From the NCBI RefSeq assembly GCF_006345805.1, contig NW_021827597.1:1-27711 (forward strand): a DNA stretch of 27,711 nt, read 5' to 3'. Below the pieces are notes generated by a model that saw nothing but the letters and a program-made list of their open reading frames with translations, did no database searches and was not told the origin of the DNA. This document shows positions 1 through 11,280 of the stretch, piece after piece. The position numbers were made by a program, and so were the translations under genes. Origin of the DNA: Octopus sinensis. Its lineage: Eukaryota. Position 1 is the stretch's first letter. The number at the start of each line of letters is the position of its first letter.

Positions 1-440
1 ACAGACGCAAGTTGTAAATTGTACTGGTTTTATCGGATCCCTTTGTGTGATATGATCTCTGTGAACATCCACATATCTCTTCAGACCCGAACTCAACTTG
101 CAGGCCCTTTCACCGAATCACCCTGTTGAAGAGGAAGGCCGTTGCAGACAAGGACTGTATGCAAAGCCAATTTCCCCCTGTTTTTTTACATTAATTTCCA
201 GTTCCTTCGGGTTGTCTGTTATGTAGTTTTTGTAACCTATTTGTGGTTTGTGCTGAGAATGCCTTCGCAGAACAGCTGTTCTGGAGCCTTTTTATGTTCC
301 ATACACACAACATGTCCTATCCAGTGCTTCCGAGTGCAGGGCAGTCATCGAGGTCACGTAACCCCCAAACCTTACGCCATGATTCTGTTATTACCTCCTT
401 AAACATTGGCATTGATAGCCAAAGGCGGCACACATGAAAG
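1..440 (-). mobile_element. Decayed RTE-like LINE, 3' part of the ORF
   Basis: Minus strand around 240-326 reads HWIGHVVCMEHKKAPEQLFCEG, like the RTE C-terminal motif LRWxGHVxRMxxxRxPKQLFYGE. Stops and frameshifts around it; boundaries approximate. Confidence 0.55.
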
Positions 441-464
441 GCGCATTTAAAATCCTTTCTACTA

Positions 465-685
465 CAGAAATCCTTCGCCATATCGGGGTTCACCAATCGC
501 GGTTTATTATTTAAGCTTACGTCGATTCCTCTGTGGTATTGTTTGGCATTTATAATAAAATAAATATAAACAAATTATAAAAATAATAATAAAATATACA
601 ATACAGTACTGTTTCCACTTCGCGGATTTTCACCTCTCGCGGGGGTTTTTGGAACGTAACACCCGTGATAGTCGAGGGATTACTG
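465..685. mobile_element. pogo/Tigger-like (Tc1/mariner) MITE
   Basis: Left end CAGAAATCCTTCG follows TA (463-464); right end reverse-complements to CAGTAATCCCTCG; right flank is CA (possible mutated TA). AT-rich noncoding interior, 221 bp. Confidence 0.6.
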
Positions 686-687
686 CA

Positions 688-842
688 TAGGCACAAGTCC
701 TGAAATTTTAGAAGAGGGTGATAGTCGATTACATTAACCCCAGCGTTTCACCGGCACTTAACCCGTCGACTCCGAAAGGATGAAAGGCAAAGTCAACCTC
801 GGCGGAATTTGAACCCAAGAAGCCTAAAGACAGACGAAATAC
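688..842 (-). mobile_element. SINE-A, diverged headless copy with alternative 3' tail (tail 2)
   Basis: Reverse complement has gtatttcgtctg..gttcaaattccgccgagg..tttgcctttcatcctttcgg..gtaatcgact, then caccctcttctaaaatttcaggacttgtgccta instead of the usual tail. Confidence 0.75.
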
Positions 843-1026
843 CTACTTCTTTACTACCCACAAGGGGCTAAACATAGAGGGGACAAACAAGGACAGACAC
901 ACGGATTAAGTCAATTATATCGACCCCAATGCGTAACTGGTACTTATTTAATCGACCCCGAAAGGATGAAAGGCAAAGTTGACCTCGGCGGAATTTGAAC
1001 TCAGAACGTAACGGCAGACGAAATAC
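843..1026 (-). mobile_element. SINE-A, headless copy (gtatttcgtc to tail 1)
   Basis: 184-bp unit nearly identical to 1027-1210 and to the copies at 7665-7871 and 25449-25685. Confidence 0.9.
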
Positions 1027-1252
1027 CTATTCCTTTACTACCCACAAGGGGCTAAACACAGGGGGGACAAACAAGGACAGACAAACGGATTAAGTCGATT
1101 ACATCGACCCCAGTGCGTCACTGGTACTTAATTTATCGACCCCGAAAAGATGAAAGGCAAAGTCGACCTCGGCGGAATTTGAACTCAGAACGTAACGGCA
1201 GACGAAATACCGCTAAGCATTTCGCCCGGCGTGCTCACGATTCTGCCAGCTC
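1027..1252 (-). mobile_element. SINE-A, near full length, tail 1
   Basis: tRNA-like head gagctggcagaatcgtgagcacgccgggcgaaatgc, B-box-like gagttcaaattcc, tail ...gtgtttagccccttgtgggtagtaaag. Confidence 0.9.
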
Positions 1253-2084
1253 AAAATGTTACACTATAATCAAATATATATAAAAAAAAATTCTCACTGA
1301 AAAGCAGAAAGTCGTTTCATTGAGATGTGAATTAACCCCCACCCAACCGCCTCTCACTCTGTCGCTCACACACGCACATGCGCACACACACACACACGCA
1401 GAAATATGCATACACACAAGCACAGACACATTCACAAACACTGACGCACACCCATACACATAAATGCCTACCGCTTATAACATACAGCTACAACTGTGTG
1501 TTCTGTTAATCGTTATTCTTTTATAAATATTGCCTGGCGCTGTTCATAAACAGAAAATTTGATAAGATCGTTTCGATGTGGACTTGACAACCTAGGCTCT
1601 CTCAACAACACAAAAAAGAACTAAAAGCAAACAAAATATAACCATTTCTATACATATAAAGGGAACTTGTGTTGTACATCATATTCTCTGTACACAGAAA
1701 GAAAAAAAAAAAATTAAGTCCTTAACTCATTGCGAATGCTAAAGCTCACGGCCTCTTATAATCTCTCTGGGTAACCTTACATGTAAACACGACCAAATTA
1801 TAGGAACAGACAAACTGCCAGCCATGATCGAGTACGGTTTGGTAAGAAGGGCGATGCATTCGATAATTATTTCAGGCGCCGATGTAGTCACGAGCAGACG
1901 CAAAGACAATTTCTGACCCCCTCGGTCTTGACCTGCGAGAGGACTAGGATGTGACACAAACGGGAAAATAATTTCGCTCAGAGCCCGGAACAGGGTGTTC
2001 GGTATGCGTCCGGCTGTATCTGTGTGCGTGTATGTGTGTTTGTGTGAGAGTGTGTATGGGTTCTCATTCCTAAGATATTTTTCG

Positions 2085-2114
2085 ATGTTGTTGTTGTTGT
2101 TATTATTATCATTG

Positions 2115-2185
<71 letters not shown>
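2085..2185. repeat. (TTG)n/(TTA)n trinucleotide microsatellite
   Basis: Visible directly. Confidence 0.95.
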
Positions 2186-2186
<1 letters not shown>

Positions 2187-2273
2187 AATTCCGGTCGCTG
2201 CCCGGAATCGAACTCGGAATCTTGGAATCAGTAGCCCGTGCTCTTAACCACTACGCCATATGCCCGTGGGCAT
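2186..2273 (-). mobile_element. SINE-D: ~88-bp tRNA-head-only SINE or tRNA pseudogene with (AAT)n tail
   Basis: Reverse complement gggcatatggcgtagtggttaagagcacgggctactgattccaagattccgagttcgattccgggcagcgacc: A-box TGGCGTAGTGG, B-box GTTCGATTCC, then (AAT)n. Acceptor stem not intact. Confidence 0.7.
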
Positions 2274-2390
<117 letters not shown>

Positions 2391-2395
2391 CATGA

Positions 2396-2545
2396 CAATA
2401 ACATCGAAAAATACCTTAGGAATGAGAACCCAGGTTCGAAATTTCCCCAATAACACATGAAGAAGGCTGGAGGGTATATCAGCCGAAACGTTGTGTTAAC
2501 AAACAAGATGAGGACAAATATCCGTCAAATGTAAATAAAATAAAT
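2396..2545 (+). mobile_element. Short repeat with minimal hammerhead-like motif, probable Penelope-like terminal-repeat relic
   Basis: taacac-atgaaga-a-ggctg(gagggtatat)cagcc-gaaa-cg-tt-gtgtta at 2451-2498; its first 32 bp recur inverted at 2058-2089. The Penelope assignment is inferred from the motif. Confidence 0.5.
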
Positions 2546-2949
2546 GATGTATGGGAGAAAGTGTATAACATTCGTTGATTAATAAGGTTTGGTGATCGAG
2601 TATCTATTTTATACCATTTATACGCCTCGTGTACAAGTTTGATGCTTACAAAACTGCCTGTAACAAGATCTCTTCGGACCGCACTGCTCTGTCTCTAAAT
2701 TGCGTCCTGTTGTGTGGCTCTGGCTTGGGAGATCTATTGTGCGCAGTTTAACTCTGACTTGGAGAGGTAGCACTTGAACGTCTCCCAGCTATGGATTAAT
2801 TAGCATATCATGGCATTGCTCCCAGAAGAAGGACACTCTCAGACAACACAATGACCCCAGAGCAGATGAGGCCCTTCAGTTCTTTAGCTGCTCATCTCAC
2901 ATAAAGTATCAAATCTATCACATAAAGCACCAAATCTTCTTCGATAGCT

Positions 2950-3189
2950 TCAGTGAGAACAGCAAATGGACGTTGGCTTTTTACTGACATGCTTCTGTTC
3001 ATAAGCACTGGATAGAACATTTTCCTACACTTTTGAATAGACCATCATCCATTGACATGAGGATGATAGAAAATAATCGAACACCTTCCAGTTATAGAAG
3101 ATATGGCATTTGAACCAACTCTAAATGACATTTATTTAACTGTGAATAAACTGAATAACAATAAGTTTCCAGGGTCTGATGGAATCTAT
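2950..3189 (+). mobile_element. RTE-like LINE relic, linker before reverse transcriptase
   Basis: 3009-3189 translates WIEHFPTLLNRPSSIDMRMIEIIEHLPVIEDMAFEPTLNDIYLTVNKLNNNKFPGSDGIY, matching RWxEHFxxLLNRPS...KAPGxDGI. Confidence 0.65.
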
Positions 3190-3339
3190 AGGGTGACAAA
3201 ATGTTTGAACTCTTAAATATATTAATTTGCACGAGATGAGAGATTTTGGTTAAACGTATCCAAGAATTAGGGTTCCTACCTCTTGGCTGCTTTTCTTTTG
3301 TTTGCTCTTTTGTAGGGGTTTCCTTTTTGTAGAAGTTTT

Positions 3340-3706
3340 TTTTTTAAACGCTCAACAAAGGACCAAAGAAGACAAGCTGCAGGGGTTTAATGTGATAGAG
3401 GTCACGATTTGTGCCGAGTCAATCCCACTTATCCGCTTTTCAAGCAGATTTTGGTCTGGTGAGACAGATGCCACGAGCCCAGTTGTTATAAAGATGCAGG
3501 ATCTGTACTGGTATTTGCAACCTGAAATACTTTTGTTTTTAAATATATGAGCTGCTTCCACATCGGACACTGGAATGATATGGAGCATTTGGGTGTCGGT
3601 TTGGTGTCTGGCATGGGATAGCCTAAGGTACCCAAAAAGTTAAATGTTGCCAGCTTCAAATTACCAAGGAACTCGCAAAGATTCCACGATGCTATAGAAA
3701 GTATCA
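3340..3706 (-). mobile_element. Possible AP-endonuclease (APE) N-terminus of an old LINE
   Basis: [10 protein letters not shown]... resembles the APE start (xIASWNVRG); PDTK lies where QETK/H is expected. Remainder very degenerate. Confidence 0.3.
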
Positions 3707-3750
3707 TTCTCGACCCAAACAATCTGAGGGAAGATTTCAAACCAAATATA

Positions 3751-3778
3751 TAAATACATACATACATACATACATACA

Positions 3779-3813
<35 letters not shown>

Positions 3814-3827
3814 GTATATGTGTATAT

Positions 3828-3918
<91 letters not shown>

Positions 3919-3925
3919 GTTGTAT
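3751..3925. repeat. (TACA)n + (TA)n microsatellite
   Basis: Visible directly. Confidence 0.95.
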
Positions 3926-4439
3926 ATATGTATACAAACTCGCTCATGGGTGAGGGAGAAAGAATTCTACAAGGGAGGAAATTTGCCTAAGAAACCATAG
4001 AATATGCGAATTAATATTGAAATTATTTCTAGCTTGCTGTAAAAGAATTTAGGGGTGCTATGATCCCTAGAGGGAACAGATTAGAAATGCTTTCGTTTAG
4101 ACGAGGAATAAATTATTCAGTCAAATGGTTGTATGATGTGTTACGCAATAGCCTCGAGTACTAATTGCTTAATTGGCACCACCAGATGCTGTCTGATGGA
4201 CCCTAACATACATAGATACACACACACACACACACACAAACACATAATACATTGACTCACACACAAACACATTCACACACGACAACGCGCACACACATAT
4301 GTGTCTACGTGTGTGCATGTGTGTATGCGTAGTGCACGTGTTTGTACGAGCATATATGTATATGTATGTATAGTGTTTTATTGACAAAAATATCCCCTAC
4401 CAAATGGGCTTATAACCGAAGATATGAATATATTCACAA

Positions 4440-4601
4440 TCGTACCTATATATATATACACACACCAACACACAAACACACATATACATACATAAATACA
4501 TACATATGCATATATGTGTGTTTCTGTGCCTGTGTGTGTCTGTCTATATATGTATGTATGTATATATAAATATATTTTATGTGGTGTGCATATATATATA
4601 T

Positions 4602-4686
<85 letters not shown>

Positions 4687-4855
4687 ATACATGTATGCAT
4701 AATATGTGTGTATGTGTCTATATTTATACGCATGCATACAAAAACTTACATCCCCACGCTACACTAATGGAGATATATCGAATATACTTTTGTAGTCAAT
4801 GACATCTATGGCCATTCCCGAGAGTTATACGTGTATATATATATATATATATATA

Positions 4856-4908
<53 letters not shown>

Positions 4909-5343
4909 GTATGTATGTATGTATGTATACAAATGTATGTATGTGTAAATATTCACCGGGGAATATATACCAAAACAAAATTCGTTTCAGGATGTCCGAA
5001 AGTATTTATTTCAGAATAAAGGATAAAAAACAAAAAAATTATGGAGTTTAATGGCCCTACTCCGTCACCAAAAGAAGTCTTTCGAATACACGCCACATAT
5101 ATACATACACACATACTCATGTACACATGTATGTGTGTTTGTGTGTGTGTATGAGCGTGCGTGTGTATGCAAGAGTAAGTGTGTGTGAGTGCATGTGTAT
5201 GTATATGTACGTATCTATCTCTCTATCTGTTTATCTCTTTCTCTCACTCTCGCTTATGTAATTCTCTCTCTCTCTCTCTCTCACTCCGTACACCCTATAT
5301 ACATACATACATATATATATACATACGTACATTCAATATATGC

Positions 5344-5398
<55 letters not shown>

Positions 5399-5525
5399 CA
5401 GACCAAAGTGTACGTACGCCACTATATTTTTTATATATAAAAAATATAAAAATGGGACAAGAACGCAAAACATCCAGACACACAAACACACACACACACA
5501 CACATATATATATATTTATGTGTGT

Positions 5526-5571
<46 letters not shown>

Positions 5572-5602
5572 TATATAATATATAATATATATATATACAT
5601 AT
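4440..5602. repeat. Cluster of (TA)n, (CA)n, (TATG)n and (CT)n microsatellites with short unique spacers
   Basis: Visible directly; source of the Y/I/C/V-rich ORFs. Confidence 0.9.
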
Positions 5603-6200
5603 AGGCACAGGAGTGACTGTACGGTAAGTAGCTTGCTTATCAACCACATAGCCCCGGGCTCAGTCCCACTGTGTGGAACATTGGGAGGACCAAAGCCTTG
5701 TGAGTGGATTTGGTAGACGAAAACTCAAAAAAGCCCGTCGTATATATGTATGTATGTATGTATGTATGTAGTATGTATGTGTGTGTATGTATGTATGTAT
5801 GTATGTATGTATGTATGCATGTATGTATGTATGTATGTATGTATGTATGTATGTATGTATGTATGTATGTATGTGTGATGTATGTATGTGTATGTATGAT
5901 GTATGCATGCATGTATGTATGTAGTATGTATGTATGTATGTATGTATGTATGTATGTATGTATGTGTGTATGTATGTATGTATGTATGTGTGTATGTATG
6001 TATGTATGTATGTATGCGTGTGTATTTGTTTGTGTGTGTGCATCCCCAACATCGCTTGAAAACCGATGTTGGTGTGTTTACGTCCCCGTAACTTTTAGCA
6101 GTTCGGCAAAAGTGGACGATAGAATAACTACTGGGCTTCCAAAGTCCTGAGGTAGATTTGCTCGACTAAAGGCGGTGCTCCAGCAAGGCCGCAGTCAAAA
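5603..6200 (+). mobile_element. SINE-B with greatly expanded internal (TATG)n
   Basis: Head aggcacaggagtgactgtacggtaag, B-box-like gggctcagtccc, conserved ccttgtgagtggatttggtagacg, ~280-bp TATG array, 3' gatttgctcgactaaaggcggtgctccagca. Confidence 0.9.
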
Positions 6201-6579
6201 TGCTGGAACACAGCCTTTAGTCGAGCAAATCGAACTCAGGACTTGTTCTTTGTAAGCCTAGTACTTACTCTATCGGTATCTTTTGCCGAACCGCTAAGTT
6301 ATGGGGACGTAAAGACACTGACATCGGTTGTCAAGCGATGGGTGGGGTGGGGGGCAAATACAGACACACAAACACACACACACACACATGCATATATATA
6401 TATATATATACATATATACGGCGGGCTTCTTTCAGTTTCCATCTACCAAATCCACTCACAAGGCTTTTTTCAACCCGAGGCTATAGAAGACACTTGCCCA
6501 AGGTGTCACGTAGTGGGAATGAACCCGGATCTATGTGGTTCATAAGCAAGCTACTTACCACACAGCTACTCCTGTGCCT
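6201..6579 (-). mobile_element. SINE-B, inverted, tail-to-tail with the previous copy
   Basis: Reverse complement of the same family; begins immediately at 6201 (tgctggaacacagcctttagtcgagcaaatc) and ends cctgtgcct. Confidence 0.9.
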
Positions 6580-6844
6580 ATAGATACCTGACATATTTCA
6601 TAATGTGTGTGTGTGTGTGTGTGTATGCGTGTGTGTGTGTGTGATGTGTGTGTGGACCTTTTCCTTTTGATTATGCATGATGTGTGGGTGGACTGACTGA
6701 TATTTCTAGAAAGTCAAGCAAAGGAATAAAGGAATCTGTCTTTCAATTAAATAATTAGTATTGTATTCAATGTATTTCGTTGCCTGTCCATGATCCATCA
6801 TTCAGAATAATAGTACTTCCTTTATTATATTTGAACACGCCCTA

Positions 6845-7118
6845 AATAAACATACATACATACACACACACATACATATATATACATATGCATATATGTC
6901 TAAGTATATATGCATGCTTCAATACACGAATTCACATAAAGAATCTTGCAAACAACCACATACAAAAATGATACATACATATATACATACACATATATAT
7001 ATATATATTATATATATATATATTATATATATATATACATACATACATATACAAATATACATTATATAAATATATATATATTATAATATATATATATATA
7101 TATATACATACATAATAT

Positions 7119-7194
<76 letters not shown>

Positions 7195-7262
7195 ATATAT
7201 GTATACATAGATACATATGTATACATACATATGTATGTATGTATGTATGTATACACGCGCAC
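6845..7262. repeat. (TACA)n/(TA)n low-complexity block
   Basis: Visible directly. Confidence 0.9.
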
Positions 7263-7664
7263 ATGTTTTGATATGGGCGTGTGTCCCTATTAGAAAGAGT
7301 ATAATAGATTGACATAGATCTACATTGGTTAACCTATATCTTGTCGTCTGATAACGTTTCTAATTGACAACGCATCTTTCAACGCAGTATGTAGTCTCAA
7401 ACGACATAAATTAGTTGCTGACCAATCTCAGGAACCTGACGGCCTGTGGCAATGAACTTTCTTTCATCTTGTGATTAAGTGCCTCGCCCTTCTGTTTACC
7501 CCTGGCAGTTACAGATTACCACCTGTTTAGAACTTTACAAAATTATTTGAGTGGATTAAGACTTACTTCAAGGGCAGAAATCGAACAGGGGAAAAAATGG
7601 TGACTATATTCATGATTTTTTATTGTTTTGAACCTTAAAAGACCGACAGAACTTTCGTTACAAC

Positions 7665-7871
7665 TCGGCCGGGCGAGATGCTTAGCGGTATTTCGTCTGC
7701 CGTTACGTTGTGAGTTCAAATTCCGCCGAGGTCGACTTTGCCTTTCATCCTTTCGGGGTCGATGAATTAAGTGCCAGTTACGCACTGGAGTCGATGTAAT
7801 CGATTTAATACCTATGTCTGTCCTTGTTTGTCCCCTCTGTGTTTAGCCCCTTGTGGGTAATAAAGAAATAG
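7665..7871 (+). mobile_element. SINE-A, tail 1, 5' end degenerate
   Basis: gccgggcgagatgcttagcggtatttcgtctgccg...gtttagccccttgtgggtaataaagaaatag; may extend 5' to about 7640. Confidence 0.9.
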
Positions 7872-8575
7872 ATATATTAATACATATGGCTAACAACAAC
7901 TTAGTACATGCTCTAATGGGGTTCGTACGTGGGAACTACACGCCAGGATTTTCTTTGATTGGTGCTGTTGTTGTGGGTTGGAAAATTGTTGTTTATTATG
8001 ATTTGGAAAAAAAAGGGGTGTATTTAAGTGGTTCCGTCCGAAGGTAAGAGGTAGACATTTTCCATGAATATTTTATTTCTTTATATTTTCTGATGATAAC
8101 TGAAAAATAATCGATGGTACTTTTGCCCGCTATTTTAAGTACGAGGGAGGAGATTTCACTTAATCACAGACAGGCAGCCGCATGCCTAACGTCACGAAAC
8201 GCTTGATCTTTTAAAAAAATGCTGTTGTATATGTAACAGAAACTTAATTAATATGCGTATCAGCAATTAGTAGTCAGCTTTAATTAAGACTGGCGGATTC
8301 GAGGCTGAGGAACGGTAAGAGAAGTGGATTAGTAAGAGTATAATAATGATTAAGTATGAATATAAACAAATAGAAATATATCTATAAATATTAAGCTCGG
8401 ATGGTAAATAAACAATAAAATTGTATGGTGATTAATAAAACATTCAAACATGAAAGAAATGAAAGTTACTAATAAAAAAATTATGTGGGATTGGAGGCGT
8501 GGGAAAAAATGGAGATGACTAAATGGGGATCTATAAATGCATATATAAATATGAATATAAACAAAAGGTTAATAT

Positions 8576-8738
8576 ATGATGATGATGGATGATGATGGTG
8601 ATGATGATGATGATGATGATGATGATAATAATGATGATAATAATAATTATTATTATAACAACAACGACTACGACGACAACGATAATAATAATAATAATAA
8701 TCATGATATTGATAATAATAATAATAATAATGATGATG

Positions 8739-8772
<34 letters not shown>
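8576..8772. repeat. Compound (GAT)/(AAT)/(AAC)/(GAC) trinucleotide array
   Basis: Visible directly. Confidence 0.95.
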
Positions 8773-8774
<2 letters not shown>

Positions 8775-9329
8775 GCCCTGATGCAGTACCAAGCAGTGGC
8801 TCTCATGGCTTCTGATCTTAACTGATTGGAAGTGTTACAATGTACATTGCTTTGTCTTGGTATAAAAGATGGGCTACAGTAAATATTCTGCTCAATACCA
8901 CAGATTTGCTTGTCAGTTGTTTGACCTTAACCAGTTGAGCATGTCCCTTTAGTGGCTGACGATATGTGCATCTCTGATCACGAGCAGAAGTAGTGGGGGA
9001 GCATCATAGCCATGTGTTGAGAAGAATTCTTTGGGGTTTGAATAATTCACCTCTGGAAACATGGGTGTTTCGTTCAACATCCTTAAACAACCCTTATTCA
9101 GGGACCTTTCGAGCGGGATAGGTTACTCGATCTGAAGAAAATTCTAACTGGGCTCCACCTGCAAGGTCATGTGCTGTTTCTCTTGATATGAGATCACCAT
9201 GTCGCGCACATATGGTTGTGATGCATGTGCCTGGTGTACCCTTATCAGACGGGTAGTCATGATGGGTATACTGGGCTTCGTATATTTTACCCCAGTGTCA
9301 CTTTGATGGCATGCTCTGCTCGCTCACTC
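8773..9329 (+). mobile_element. Element C copy 1: 557-bp non-autonomous repeat in (AAT)n
   Basis: atgccctgatgcagtacc...gctcgctcactc with (AAT)n on both sides; same ends as the copies at 9457 and 13355. Confidence 0.85.
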
Positions 9330-9416
<87 letters not shown>

Positions 9417-9456
9417 AATAATAACAATAATAATAAATAAAAAATAATAATAATAA

Positions 9457-10012
9457 ATGCCCTGATGCAGTACCAGGCAGTGGCTCTCATGGCTTCTGAT
9501 CTTAACTGATTGGAAGTGTTATCATGTACATTGTTTTGTCTTGGTATAAAAGATGGGCTACAGCAAATATTCTGCTCAATACCACAGATTTGCTTGTCAG
9601 TTGTTTCACCATAACCAGTTGAGCATGTCCCTTGGGGGCTGACGATATGTGCATCTCTGATCACGAGCAGAAGTAGTGGGGGAGCATCATAACCATGTGT
9701 TGAGAGAGATTCTTTGGGGTTTGAATAATTCACATGTGGAAACATGGGTGTTTCGTTCAACACCCTTAAACAATCCTTATTCAGGGACCTTTTGAGCGGG
9801 ATGGGCTACTCGATCACATGAAAATTCTAACTGGGCTTTACCTGAAAGGTCATGTGCTGTTTCTCTTGATATGAGATCACCATGTCGCGCACATATGGTT
9901 GTGATGCATGTGCCTGGTCTACCCTTATCATACGAGTAGTCATGATGGGTATACTGAGCTTCATATATTTTACCCCAGTGTCACGTTGATGACATGCACT
10001 GCTATCTCACTC
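9457..10012 (+). mobile_element. Element C copy 2
   Basis: Colinear with copy 1 throughout; separated from it by an (AAT)n run at 9330-9456. Confidence 0.85.
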
Positions 10013-10124
10013 AGTAATAATAATAATAACAACAGCAACAACAACAACAACAACAACAATAATAACAATAATAATATTAATAATAATAATAATAACAACA
10101 ACAACAACGACGACGACGACGACG

Positions 10125-10159
<35 letters not shown>

Positions 10160-10161
10160 AA

Positions 10162-10626
10162 TTACTTGACATGAGTATTCTTTGCGATCACAATATAGCG
10201 GCGAAAGAATTTGACAAGATTAGTAAATATAAAGACTTGCTAATATAAATTGAAAAAATGTGGCATCTCAAGGCGATGATGGTAAATAAATAAATAAAGA
10301 TCCTAGAGATCCTACCAGTGATTGTAGCATCTCTAGGAATGATAAAAAAAGGTACTGAAACCTATTTGAAAATGATATCAGGCATACCATCCCTAGAGGA
10401 AGTGAAAAATTTCGTATTAACTAGAACGGCTCATGTACTGAGAAGAGCAGTATCGCTGTGAAAAACAAAATCCATTCTTGAATTTATTCATCAATTAATT
10501 TTTTAAATACATATTTTACCTGTGAATTTGCGTGTGTAATCTGAGAATGCATACAATGAGCTTCTCTGTCCTAGGTGTACGGAAAACACTCGGCGAGAAA
10601 CGGAAGAAAATTTGAAGAAAGAAGGA
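10162..10626 (+). mobile_element. 5'-truncated R4/Dong-like non-LTR element (RLE C-terminus + 3' UTR)
   Basis: LLDMSILCDHNIAAKEFDKISKYKDLLI*IEKMWHLK...LPVIVASLGMIKKGTETYLKMISGIPSLEEVKNFVLTRTAHVLRRAVSL* (stop at 10459-10461), then UTR and (AAT)n tail. Confidence 0.8.
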
Positions 10627-10664
<38 letters not shown>

Positions 10665-10678
10665 TAATAATAATAATG

Positions 10679-10735
<57 letters not shown>
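10627..10735. repeat. (AAT)n array between two R4/Dong-like 3' ends
   Basis: Visible directly. Confidence 0.95.
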
Positions 10736-10737
10736 TG

Positions 10738-11056
10738 TGATGAAAACTCACAGCTTATTTTGCTGGGTATGATGGAAAGTGTCAGCTGTCCACAGCCAGC
10801 AACAGACTAAGGTGACACTTGTTTACTGTCTATGCTTCAAGAACACTGCGAAGAATTCTTGCAGTTCCAAGCAAGGCTGATTTTCGTAGGTGTTCTATCT
10901 TCACACTCGCACCAATATTTTTCAGGATGTTGGTAGTTGAGTGAGAAATACGAACGTTGGTCTCATCTCCAATACTCTTTCAACTCGTTGATTCTATCAT
11001 GTGTTTCCAGCTACAAATCCCCATTTCTAGCACACTTTCCAGTGTAAAACTTTTAC
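10738..11056 (-). mobile_element. R4/Dong-like LINE copy b, 3' part (most of the RLE deleted)
   Basis: VKVLHWKVC*KWGF...ERVLE, then after a deletion NILKNIGASVKIEHLRKSALLGTARILRSVLEA* (stop at 10830-10832) and 3' UTR. Confidence 0.8.
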
Positions 11057-11244
11057 AGGCGCAGGAGTGGCTGTGTGGTAAGTAGCTTGCTAACCAACCA
11101 CATGGTTCCGGGTTCAGTCCCACAGCGTGGCATCTTGGGCAAGTGTCTTCTGCTATAGCCCCGGGCCGACCAATGCCTTGTGAGTGGATTTGGTAGACGG
11201 AAACTGAAAGAAGCCTGTCGTATATATGTATATGTATGTGTATA

Positions 11245-11280
<36 letters not shown>

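Noticed and set aside
2186-2273. Functional tRNA gene
   Set aside because: Boxes are present but the acceptor stem does not pair and an (AAT)n tail follows; treated as a SINE or pseudogene.
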